A stretch of 20,000 bases of DNA from an uncultured virus (IMG/VR IMGVR_UViG_3300027828_000003). Its lineage: Duplodnaviria; Heunggongvirae; Uroviricota; Caudoviricetes. A program made the position numbers and the translations under genes. Under the pieces are notes generated by a model. That model saw only the letters and a list, made by a program, of their open reading frames with translations. It searched no databases and was not told the DNA's origin. The number at the start of each line of letters is the position of its first letter. Within the stretch, counting starts at the first letter, position 1. The stretch lies in IMG/VR virus record IMGVR_UViG_3300027828_000003, one strand, 5' to 3'. Shown here piece after piece: positions 1-8,033 of this stretch.

Positions 1-950
1 ATCGCCTCGTCGCCACCCTGTTCGGGCGCGGGCAAGGCTTTCTCGCTCGTGCGAGCCATCAAGGCTTCAATCCGTTCCCGGTATTCGTCGGCCTTCGCGG
101 AAAGCTTGGCCTTCTCAAGCGGGTCCGTCGTTTCGTCCGCCCATGCCTGATTGCGCGTTTGATGCGCCTTCAGAGCGGCGAGCGTCCGATTGACGGCCGG
201 ACTGATAAGACGTGCCGTCTCCGGCGCGATGCTTTGCTTGACCCTGACGGGCATCAGAATAAGCATCGCCCCCGGATATTCCGGAAACGTCGCCATGGCC
301 GCTTCCGTCGCGGAATGGGCGTACAGGCTCACGTTTCCGTCCTTCCCGCCCAAGAGCTTCGCGATATCGCCAACGGATTTGAGATATTTTCCGTTGAACG
401 ACACCGGTTCGAAGTCCTTAGCGCGGGCGTCGTCTTTGTCCGTCACCCCGCCGGTCAGACTTTCCATGATCATTTGGTAATCAGGAAACGTGCCGGACAC
501 GATCGGGCACTTGATGCGCGCGTCTTGCTTGGCGTCCGTGAGGTACGCGCTCGACGCGTTCACCGCGTTCTCGATCTTGATCAGCTCATCCTCGCCGAGC
601 TTCTGCAAAAGCTTCAGCTTGGGAGCGAGATTTTCGCTGTGCAGGATCGCGCCTTGTTCCAGCCATGCCGGGGCTTGCCCGACAAGCGGCTGAGTGGCGA
701 TGAACAAACGGTGACCATCCGTGGCCACGGCCCGGATCCTGTCCTCGACGACATGGAAAAAGATTCCGTTGAGATAGTAGCGGGTCTCTTCCGTGCTGGC
801 GCACGCCAAAGCGGCATGCATCAGGGTCGCCGGAAACAGGATCGATTCGGAGGCTCCGACCTCGACGGCCTGGGCGTTGTCGTCCTGGCGCGCGTTGTTC
901 TCGGCTTCCGTGGTCTGTTCCGTGGTGGTGACGTGGTTTTGGTCAGTCAT
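1..950 (-). CDS. DNA polymerase III beta-clamp (DnaN)-like protein, truncated architecture, with C-terminal helical extension (3' end runs off the window)
   Basis: ATG at 950 preceded by GGAG; frame open to position 1. Hand translation gives clamp motifs ASTEETRYYLNG, AVATDGHRL, GTFPDY, VSFNGKYL and LILMPVR, then more than 75 extra residues. Confidence 0.85.
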   Translation of the reverse strand, partial: MTDQNHVTTTEQTTEAENNARQDDNAQAVEVGASESILFPATLMHAALACASTEETRYYLNGIFFHVVEDRIRAVATDGHRLFIATQPLVGQAPAWLEQGAILHSENLAPKLKLLQKLGEDELIKIENAVNASSAYLTDAKQDARIKCPIVSGTFPDYQMIMESLTGGVTDKDDARAKDFEPVSFNGKYLKSVGDIAKLLGGKDGNVSLYAHSATEAAMATFPEYPGAMLILMPVRVKQSIAPETARLISPAVNRTLAALKAHQTRNQAWADETTDPLEKAKLSAKADEYRERIEALMARTSEKALPAPEQGGDEA

Positions 951-1340
951 TGGATTTTCTCCGTGTTGCAGTGTGACCGGCGGCGGATGCGCTGCCGGGG
1001 CCTAGTTTGAAAATGGCCTAAGCGGGCGCACCCTCGCGGGCGCGCCCAATGGAGAATCTGCAATGTGGAGAATGTCGTTATTCACAATGTCCGAGAACGG
1101 GACGAAAGCGGGCGGCGGCTGCCTGTCGCGTTGTGGAATGCCGGATAAACGGACTGGATACCGCCGCACCGGTCACTGCCTTCCCAGCCGATCCCGTAGG
1201 ACCGTGCCACGTTCCGAAAGCCTTGACGCGAAGGCCTAGCCCAAAGGGCCAGAGCCGATCCCGATTCACGATGTCCAATAACCAGACCCGAGGGGCCTGA
1301 CGGCGCTCTGACCGCCGCGCACGGCGCAGGCATTGCCCTA
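951..1340 (-). promoter_or_regulatory. Long structured 5' leader of the clamp-like gene
   Basis: Minus-strand hairpins including GGGCGCGCCC-GCGA-GGGTGCGCCC (1024-1047, GNRA loop) and 977-998; direct repeats GGACATYGTGAAT (1080-1092, 1264-1276) and plus-strand AGCCGATCCCG (1186-1196, 1253-1263). Confidence 0.45.
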
Positions 1341-1344
1341 ACCG

Positions 1345-1363
1345 ATATGAGATAGTCTCATAT
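1345..1363. promoter_or_regulatory. Palindromic operator-like site ATATGAGA-TAG-TCTCATAT (core ATGAG-N5-CTCAT)
   Basis: Perfect 8-bp inverted repeat; the same core occurs at 2901-2915 and 8304-8318. Confidence 0.65.
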
Positions 1364-1540
1364 TATGGGGTATAGTTCAAGGCTTTTTATCGCAAACTCA
1401 TATGGTTATGGTTGGGCATTAATGAGCCGGTTTAAGGGCCGTTGGTGGCTGTAGGGGTATGTGAGGGGTAGACGTAGGGGTATGAGGTTGCGCGAATGTG
1501 GGGGCGTTAGAGAGGCTGTAGACCTGGCTTTGTATGAGGC

Positions 1541-1809
1541 AGGGAGAGAGAGCCGTAGGGGCTGGGCTGGGTGTAGGGACAGGGAGAGAGAGCCGTAGGG
1601 GCTGGGCCGGGTGTAGGGACAGGGAGAGAAGGCCGTAGGGGCTGGGCTGGGTGTAGGGACAGGGAGAGAGAGCCGTAGGGGCTGGGCTGGGTGTAGGGAC
1701 AGGGAGAGAGAGCCGTAGGGGCTGGGCCGGGTGTAGGGACAGGGAGAGAGAGCCGTAGGGGCTGGGCCGGGTGTAGGGACAGGGAGAGAAGGCCGTAGGG
1801 GCTGGGCTG
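1541..1809 (+). repeat. 40-bp G-rich tandem repeat, about 6.7 copies
   Basis: Unit AGGGAGAGAGAGCCGTAGGGGCTGGGCTGGGTGTAGGGAC starts at 1541, 1581, 1621, 1661, 1701, 1741 and 1781 (partial), with only two variable sites and no spacers. Confidence 0.97.
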
Positions 1810-1843
1810 ATGGTGCCCGATGTGTTGGGGCTTGAGGTAGGGC

Positions 1844-1876
1844 AAAAGAAAAGGGCCCGCGCAGCGGCGGGCCCTT
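1844..1876 (-). terminator. Rho-independent terminator of the 78-aa gene
   Basis: Stem AAGGGCCCGC/GCGGGCCCTT (1851-1876), followed on the minus strand by TTCTTTT. Confidence 0.85.
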
Positions 1877-1899
1877 GGTGGTGTAGGTGACGGCGCTTG

Positions 1900-2136
1900 T
1901 TAGGCGGCGGCTTCCAGGGTGCCCCCGGTCTCGAGCGTTTCAAGTTTCGCATAGAGCGGATTCAATTGCTTGGTCACAAGGCCCTTATCGTAGCCGGTCA
2001 AGGCGTCGCGGGTGCGTTCCAGCCGGGTGATGCGGGCCTTGGTGGCGGCGATCTGGTGGCCGATGGTGCCCTTGGTGGCGGCCGCCTTGGCGCCGGCGTT
2101 CAAACGGGTCTGGCTGTCGATGTTCACGTTACGCAT
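1900..2136 (-). CDS. Small basic helical protein (78 aa), standalone transcription unit
   Basis: AGGAG RBS, own promoter and terminator; contains two AxKAxxT(K/R) motifs and ends in EAAA. Confidence 0.8.
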   Translation of the reverse strand: MRNVNIDSQTRLNAGAKAAATKGTIGHQIAATKARITRLERTRDALTGYDKGLVTKQLNPLYAKLETLETGGTLEAAA

Positions 2137-2192
2137 GGTTCAATCTCCTGTTGCAGTGTCCGGCGGGGACCGTCCCCGTCGTCGATGGTTAG

Positions 2193-2221
2193 AATATAGG
2201 GTGTGATATGAATTTTGTCAA
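2193..2221 (-). promoter_or_regulatory. Near-consensus sigma70 promoter TTGACA-N17-TATATT
   Basis: -35 at 2221-2216 and -10 at 2198-2193, pointing into the 78-aa gene. Confidence 0.75.
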
Positions 2222-2807
2222 TATTATCAGCAATCTAGCGGCCATCCTGCATCCGTTGTAAACCGGGCGATCTGGCGCGGCGCGAAATTTTTTTGAAAAA
2301 AAATGCACGGGCTGGTTGCGGTTTTTGTGGGGCGAAGGCCGGGGGCGATCGTATGGGGCGCGTATATATAAGGGCTATGTGTAGGCCTATGGATAGGGCT
2401 GATGTTATGGGCGCCGGGTGTATGGGTAGCGGTATGCCTAGTCGGGCTGTAGGGCTTCCAGGGTTGCGCCTGGCTGAGGGGCGAGGAAACGGACCGGCGA
2501 AAATCTCAAGGCGCTATGCGCGCGGCGGGCGGCGGGCCTGTGTGGGTTTAGGTTGTGATCCATGGGCGATCCATGCCCAGCTGGCACGTAGGCGGCTGCG
2601 CACCCACGGCCCGAGCGAACGGCGCAATAAACTATCAGCTTTTTATAAATATTATTTCAATTGGAGAGTATTAAATATGAATCCAGTTTAAGAAAGAGTG
2701 ACACCCTACCCCCCTTCCCTGTCAAGAGACCGCGACCAAATCTCACAGCTCTTTGCTCTACCCAGGTCCAAACCGAGAGATAGTCGGCGACACCACAACT
2801 AGGTGTG

Positions 2808-2886
2808 ACGACTTGAACGACTTGAAACGACTTGCAGATCGCCACTATTGCCTCGGTTATGAGAAAGATACATAAATAGCGACTTG
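2808..2886 (+). repeat. Short direct repeats CGACTTG x4 upstream of terS
   Basis: ACGACTTG at 2808, 2817 and 2827; CGACTTG at 2880. Confidence 0.7.
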
Positions 2887-2900
2887 TTTATGGCGGCGTA

Positions 2901-2915
2901 ATGAGAGGGACTCAT
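2901..2915. promoter_or_regulatory. Operator-like palindrome ATGAG-AGGGA-CTCAT overlapping the terS RBS and start
   Basis: Exact ATGAG-N5-CTCAT match. Confidence 0.6.
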
Positions 2916-3579
2916 GTCTCTCTCGCTGGACCGGAGGAACGGCACGCGCGTGGGAAAGGGTCAGCCGGTGGCTGAGAACTCAGACAGCCCTATGGAAGGC
3001 AAACTGGTATGCGGAGCGAAGACCAGGAGCGGCGGCACCTGTCAGAAACCGCCTATCAAGGGGAAAAAGCGGTGTCGTCTTCATGGCGGCGCCAGCAACA
3101 ACCCTGCGCCGAAGGGCAACACCCGCGCTCTCAAGCACGGCCTCTACAGCTCGGTCATATCCGACGAGGAAAAGCGGCTTTGGGAACACATCGAGCTCGG
3201 CACGATCGACGACGAGCTTCGACTGGCTCGGGTCAAGCTACGACGCCTGTTGGCCTTCGAGAACGCCCAGAACACGCCCCAGGACGCCGGTGGGGCGACG
3301 AATTCGTCTCGAAAAGGCATGACGCTCGAGGAAGTCCGCGTCTTGACCGACGGCCGCAGCCGGCAAACCGAGATGGTTCAACGCCGAGTCGATTACACAC
3401 CAGAGATCCGCGGCTTACTCAAAACGATCGGCGATCTCGAGAAAACGCGCGCGGCAATCGGAACCGGAGCGGACGACCCGGAAACGATGGCCAGAAAGGT
3501 CCAGGACGCATTGCACGCGATTCATCTGATCCAGGAAGGAATACCGGTTGGACCCGATGAGGCATATGAGGCCGCTTGA
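2914..3579 (+). CDS. terS: Terminase small subunit (HGGxSTG-type N-terminal domain)
   Basis: CGAKTRSG..C..RCRLHGGAS and GNTRALKHGLYS motifs; lies directly before terL with an overlapping TGATG. Confidence 0.88.
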   Translation: MSLSLDRRNGTRVGKGQPVAENSDSPMEGKLVCGAKTRSGGTCQKPPIKGKKRCRLHGGASNNPAPKGNTRALKHGLYSSVISDEEKRLWEHIELGTIDDELRLARVKLRRLLAFENAQNTPQDAGGATNSSRKGMTLEEVRVLTDGRSRQTEMVQRRVDYTPEIRGLLKTIGDLEKTRAAIGTGADDPETMARKVQDALHAIHLIQEGIPVGPDEAYEAA

Positions 3580-4937
3580 TGCAGCCGCCAGACGCTTTTC
3601 TGACCGCGCAGCAGAAGGCAGCTATGGCGACGCTTGGGCCGCGGTGGTACCCACTGCGGCAGCATCCTGTTCAACTGCGGCTTTGGAACGACGACTACCG
3701 ATTCAAGGTCGTCCCGGCCGGCCGGCGTTCGGGCAAGACCGAGAACGCCAAACGCCGCATTGTGAACTGCGCCATTCGATCAAATCGGTACGGAAACGCC
3801 AGGTTCTTCGCCGCGGCGCCGACTTGGGCCCAGGCCAAACGCATCTTCTGGGCCGATCTGAAGGCGATGGTGCCGAAATGGCTGCTTGCCGGCGCGCCGT
3901 CGGAAGGCGAGCTGACGATCAGGCTCAACACCGGCTCGGAAATCTGCGTTTTCGGCATGGACAAGCCGGAACGCATCGAGGGTTCACCTTGGGATGGCGG
4001 CGTCCTCGACGAATACGCCAACATGAAGGAACAAGCCTGGGGGGCGCACGTCCGCCCTGCCCTCTCGGATCGCCGCGGCTGGTGTTGGCTGACCGGCGTC
4101 CCGGAAGGCCGCAACCACTACTACGACATCTACAAACGGGCCCAGGCCGACACGACCGGCGAATGGGGACACTACACCTGGAAATCGTCCGAAGTTCTGC
4201 CGCTTTCAGAAATCGAAGCGGCGCGAAAGGACCTCGACGAACTGACCTTCCTGCAGGAATACGAAGCGAGTTTCGTCAACTTCCTGGGTCAGGCCTACTA
4301 TTCGTTCGACGACAAAATTCATTGCGCGCCTCTGACGTACCGGCCGGACGATCTGATCGTCTTCTGCTTCGACTTCAACGTGGCGCCGGGCATAGCTGCG
4401 ATCTGCCAGGAGCAGCACTTGCCGTCCGGTCAGTACGGCACAGGCGTGATCGGCGAAGTTCACATCCCACAACATTCGAACACGGTTCGGGTCTGCAACC
4501 GATTAATTCAGGATTGGGGGCACCATCGCGGGAAAATCCTCTGCTACGGCGACGCATCCGGCGGCGCGGGTGGCAGTGCGAAGGTAGCCGGCTCGGACTG
4601 GGACCTGGTCCGAAAGACGCTCAAAGAGAAGTTCGGCGATCGGCTCGATTTTCGGGTGCCGTCCGCCAACCCGTCGGAACGCGCCCGCATCAACGCGGTC
4701 AACACGCGACTGAAGTCGATAAGCGGCGAGGTTCGTCTGATGGTCGATCCACGATTTGCACCGAATGTCGTCATCGACTTCGAGGGTGTGCGCCTCGTCA
4801 AGGGTGGTTCGGGCGAGATCGACAAGAAAGCCACCCCGAAGCTGACGCATGTCACCGACGCGATCGGCTACTACGTCTTCTACGAATTCCCGGTCATCAA
4901 ACAAACGGCGACGCAAGCCACCATCATCGGAGTCTGA
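3579..4937 (+). CDS. terL: Terminase large subunit
   Basis: Walker A AGRRSGKT, Walker B GVLDE, coupling motif LTGVPEG, nuclease motifs CFDFN and HVTDAIGY. ATG at 3579 is coupled to the terS stop. Confidence 0.96.
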   Translation: MQPPDAFLTAQQKAAMATLGPRWYPLRQHPVQLRLWNDDYRFKVVPAGRRSGKTENAKRRIVNCAIRSNRYGNARFFAAAPTWAQAKRIFWADLKAMVPKWLLAGAPSEGELTIRLNTGSEICVFGMDKPERIEGSPWDGGVLDEYANMKEQAWGAHVRPALSDRRGWCWLTGVPEGRNHYYDIYKRAQADTTGEWGHYTWKSSEVLPLSEIEAARKDLDELTFLQEYEASFVNFLGQAYYSFDDKIHCAPLTYRPDDLIVFCFDFNVAPGIAAICQEQHLPSGQYGTGVIGEVHIPQHSNTVRVCNRLIQDWGHHRGKILCYGDASGGAGGSAKVAGSDWDLVRKTLKEKFGDRLDFRVPSANPSERARINAVNTRLKSISGEVRLMVDPRFAPNVVIDFEGVRLVKGGSGEIDKKATPKLTHVTDAIGYYVFYEFPVIKQTATQATIIGV

Positions 4938-4941
4938 TCCA

Positions 4942-6372
4942 ATGCCGGTAAACACCCCCCACAACGAGTATTTGGCGAACAAACCAGATTGGGAACTCAT
5001 GCGCGACGCCATCGCCGGCGAACGCACCATCAAGGAACGCGGCACGACCTACTTGCCCAAACTGTCGGGCCAGACCGACGAGGAATACAACGCCTATAGG
5101 ACCCGGGCGATGTTCTTCGGCGCGACCGGTCGCACCCATGACGGCTTGCTCGGCGCGGTATTCCGCAAAGCGCCGAGCTACGAACTGCCGAGCCGCATCG
5201 ACGCTATCGCGAAGGATGCCGATCTGAATGGCACGCCGCTCGAAATGCTCGCCGTGTCGCTCGTCTCTGAAATTCTCGGCGTCGGCCGCGTCGCGATTCT
5301 GACAGATTGGCCTGAGAATCCGGTTGCCGAGCAAGCCAGGCCATACCTCTCCCTCTACTTGACCGAACAGATCACCAACTGGCGCACGCGAGTGATTAAC
5401 GATGTTCCGGTCCTCGACCAAGTCATTCTCTACGAAACCACCGACGAGCCCGCAGAAGACGGCTATGGCACGGTCGTCAAGCAGAACTATCGTGTCCTGA
5501 AACTCGACGACACTTCCGGATCCCTCGTGTACACGGTCGAAATCTGGGAGAAAATGAAGGAAAAGGAGGAATGGTTCCTTTCCGAGACGCACATTCCGAC
5601 CCACCGTGGCAAACCACTCGACTGGATACCGATCACCATTTTCTCACCGCACGATCTGTCGCCGAAAGTCGAAAAGCCGCCACTGCTCGACCTGGCCACC
5701 GTTAACGTCTCGCACTACCGGACCTCCGCCGACCTGGAACATGGTTGCCACTGGACGGCGATCCCGACGCCTTGGGTCTCTGGTCTCACCGACCACACCA
5801 CGACCTTACACGTCGGCGGGCAAACGGCATGGGTGCTGCCGGAAAACGCTCAAGCTGGCATGCTCGAGTTCACCGGAACCGGCCTTGCGGCGCTCGAAAA
5901 GCGTCTTCAGGAGAAACAGGCGAATATGGCCCGTTTGGGCGCTCGGCTCCTGGAAGACCAAAAGCGCGCCGCCGAGACCGAGGGATCGAAGCGCCTGGAC
6001 TATTCCGGCGACAATTCAGTCCTAGCCTCCGTGGCGAACGCTGCGAGCGAAGGCTTAACGCGAAACCTCAACTGGGCCAACTATTGGGCCGGCGGCGGCG
6101 AGGAAGAGGTCGAGTTCGCGGTCAACAAGGACTTCTTCGACAACCCGCTCGGGGCGCAGGATGTGCTTCACCTTGTCGCCGCATGGCAATCCGGCGGACT
6201 GCCGCGATCGGCGCTCTACTGGAACCTGCATCAGGGCGAGCGGCTGCCTCCCGACATGACGGAGGATGAATTCGTTCGCCAGATCGAACAGGAAGGGCCG
6301 GCACTCGGTACGATCGGCGAGAACGACGAGGACGATCCTGAACCGTCGCCGGACCCAATCGAAGACGAATAG
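4942..6372 (+). CDS. Portal protein (DUF4055-like)
   Basis: Follows terL; YLPK..YNAYRTRAMF and PPLLDLATVNVSHY..SADLEH motifs; acidic tail. GGAG RBS favours ATG 4942 over 4849. Confidence 0.9.
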   Translation: MPVNTPHNEYLANKPDWELMRDAIAGERTIKERGTTYLPKLSGQTDEEYNAYRTRAMFFGATGRTHDGLLGAVFRKAPSYELPSRIDAIAKDADLNGTPLEMLAVSLVSEILGVGRVAILTDWPENPVAEQARPYLSLYLTEQITNWRTRVINDVPVLDQVILYETTDEPAEDGYGTVVKQNYRVLKLDDTSGSLVYTVEIWEKMKEKEEWFLSETHIPTHRGKPLDWIPITIFSPHDLSPKVEKPPLLDLATVNVSHYRTSADLEHGCHWTAIPTPWVSGLTDHTTTLHVGGQTAWVLPENAQAGMLEFTGTGLAALEKRLQEKQANMARLGARLLEDQKRAAETEGSKRLDYSGDNSVLASVANAASEGLTRNLNWANYWAGGGEEEVEFAVNKDFFDNPLGAQDVLHLVAAWQSGGLPRSALYWNLHQGERLPPDMTEDEFVRQIEQEGPALGTIGENDEDDPEPSPDPIEDE

Positions 6373-6380
6373 GACCGATC

Positions 6381-6827
6381 ATGACCTATGCTCGGGACCA
6401 ATTCACCGGCAACATTATTGCGCTCGACTTCTTCTCGACGTTCTGCGGAGATTTGATCTCGAAGGGCACAGCGAGGGAGGTCTACGTCTATGCGCCAGAC
6501 CCGCGATACGTCGTGAAAATCGAAGTCGCCGCCAAGAGCTTCCAGAACATGCGGGAATGGGAGTTCTGGCGCGATTTCAATTTCGTCGACGACATCGCCA
6601 AATGGCTGGCGCCATGCAAGAGCATAAGTCCCTCCGGGATCATTCTCATTCAGCGGCGCACCAAGCCGATACCTGCCCACCGGTATCCCGATCGTCTGCC
6701 CCAATTCCTGACCGACATCAAACGAGAAAATTTCGGACTTATCGGCAACAGAGTGGTTGCCCACGACTATGGACGAGTTGTGACTTCGGCCCCAACCACC
6801 GCCCGGAAAGCGCTTTGGAGGTACTAG
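6381..6827 (+). CDS. Miniature protein-kinase-like (PKL fold) protein
   Basis: Ordered motifs ISKGTAREVY (Gly loop), YVVKI (Lys), QNMREW (alphaC Glu), TDIKRENFG (catalytic loop), VAHDYG (DFG-like); AGGA RBS. Confidence 0.78.
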   Translation: MTYARDQFTGNIIALDFFSTFCGDLISKGTAREVYVYAPDPRYVVKIEVAAKSFQNMREWEFWRDFNFVDDIAKWLAPCKSISPSGIILIQRRTKPIPAHRYPDRLPQFLTDIKRENFGLIGNRVVAHDYGRVVTSAPTTARKALWRY

Positions 6828-7901
6828 ATGCCCCAATCCCTGAACGAAGAACTGCTCGACGCCGTTGTCCGCCATCAGATCTACCTTCAGCGATACTCCA
6901 CGAGCGTCGTTCGGAAGATCATCAAACTCCTGAACAAGACGGATGCCGACATCGTCTCCCAGATCCTTGAGAAAGACCCGCTGAACCAAAACGGCACTTG
7001 GTCGGCCCGGCGCCTGAAAGCCCTGCTCAATGCGATCCGCGGCATCAACCGGGACGCCTTCAATCGGGTCGAGAACGCCGTCAGGTCGGAATTGACGGCC
7101 GCGGCCGCCTACGAGGCAGACTTTTCCGCCCGTATGATCACGCTCAACCTGCCGGTCGAGTTCAACATCGTGCAGCCTTCTGAAGAGCTTTTGGCAACGG
7201 TTGTGACCAAGAACCCCATCCACGGCCAATTGATCGGCGGATGGGTCGATCACCTGAGCAACAGCCGCATTCGCTCGATCGAGCAACAGCTTAGGATCGG
7301 CCTCGTCGAGGGCGAGACAATCGATCAGCTCGTCCGGCGCCTGCGCGGGACCAAAGCACGACAGTATCGCGATGGCGTGCTCGATCTCGGCCGCCGGCAC
7401 GCCGAGTCCTTCGTTAGAACCGCGGTCAACCATGCAACGACACAAGCCCGCGAAGCACTTTACGGCCACAACCGAGACCTCATCAAAAAAGTGAAATGGG
7501 TATCGACGCTCGATTCCCGCACCACACCTATCTGCCGGGCCCGGGACGGCAAACTGTTCGAAGTCGACAAAGGCCCACGACCGCCGGCGCATCCTGGATG
7601 CCGGTCCACGACCGTCCCGATCGTGCCAAGTTGGCGTGAACTCGGGTTCGACCTGGATGAACTCGACCCCGGCACGCGCGCGAGCATGAACGGCCAGGTT
7701 CCGGCCGATCTGACCTATGGCCCATGGTTGAAGCGGCAGCCGACGGAATTCGTCGAAGACGTTCTCGGCAAGACAAAGGCGAAACTGTTCCTCAAGGGAG
7801 AACTGCCCATCGACCGCTTCGTCGACGATCGGGGATTCGAACTGACCTTGGATCAGTTACGGCAGCGCGAGGCGGCAGCTTTCGCGAAAGCGGGCCTGTA
7901 A
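6828..7901 (+). CDS. Minor head morphogenesis protein (SPP1 gp7 / Mu F family)
   Basis: VRTAVNH, KWVSTLDSRTTPICRARDG and PPAHPGCRST motifs; typical position after the portal. Confidence 0.92.
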   Translation: MPQSLNEELLDAVVRHQIYLQRYSTSVVRKIIKLLNKTDADIVSQILEKDPLNQNGTWSARRLKALLNAIRGINRDAFNRVENAVRSELTAAAAYEADFSARMITLNLPVEFNIVQPSEELLATVVTKNPIHGQLIGGWVDHLSNSRIRSIEQQLRIGLVEGETIDQLVRRLRGTKARQYRDGVLDLGRRHAESFVRTAVNHATTQAREALYGHNRDLIKKVKWVSTLDSRTTPICRARDGKLFEVDKGPRPPAHPGCRSTTVPIVPSWRELGFDLDELDPGTRASMNGQVPADLTYGPWLKRQPTEFVEDVLGKTKAKLFLKGELPIDRFVDDRGFELTLDQLRQREAAAFAKAGL

Positions 7902-7996
7902 CGACGGCGATCAACGACAAGTAATGATTTACTGTGAACGACTATGAGTAACGTCAATATTACTTGGATCGACTTTGTCGACTTTGCATGAGATTC

Positions 7997-8024
7997 TTGC
8001 ATATGGATCGAATTCGGGTATTAT
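7997..8024 (+). promoter_or_regulatory. Putative sigma70 promoter TTGCAT-N16-TATTAT
   Basis: -10 ends 9 nt before ATG 8034, which has no SD, so the mRNA would be near-leaderless. Confidence 0.5.
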
Positions 8025-8033
8025 TCCCGCGTC

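Noticed and set aside
159..1010. 283-aa plus-strand ORF
   Set aside because: Antisense shadow of the clamp-like gene, which has the RBS and recognisable motifs.
1049..1300. Cys-containing 83-aa ORF in the leader
   Set aside because: No RBS or promoter seen; the region is better explained as structured RNA, though coding is not excluded.
1541..1809. Possible CRISPR array
   Set aside because: Units are head-to-tail with no unique spacers, and there are no cas genes.
1419..1952. Pro/Ser-rich ORFs across the repeat
   Set aside because: By-products of the C-rich strand of the 40-bp array; the period is not a multiple of 3 and the longer ORF crosses a terminator.
2293..2691. 132-aa Gly/Arg-rich ORF
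   Set aside because: Reflects G-rich skew; TTG start without RBS.
3548..4951. 467-aa ORF overlapping terL in another frame
   Set aside because: Arg-rich off-frame shadow typical of high-GC genes.
6828..7901. MuF polymorphic toxin fusion
   Set aside because: The C-terminus is the ordinary short form with no toxin domain.
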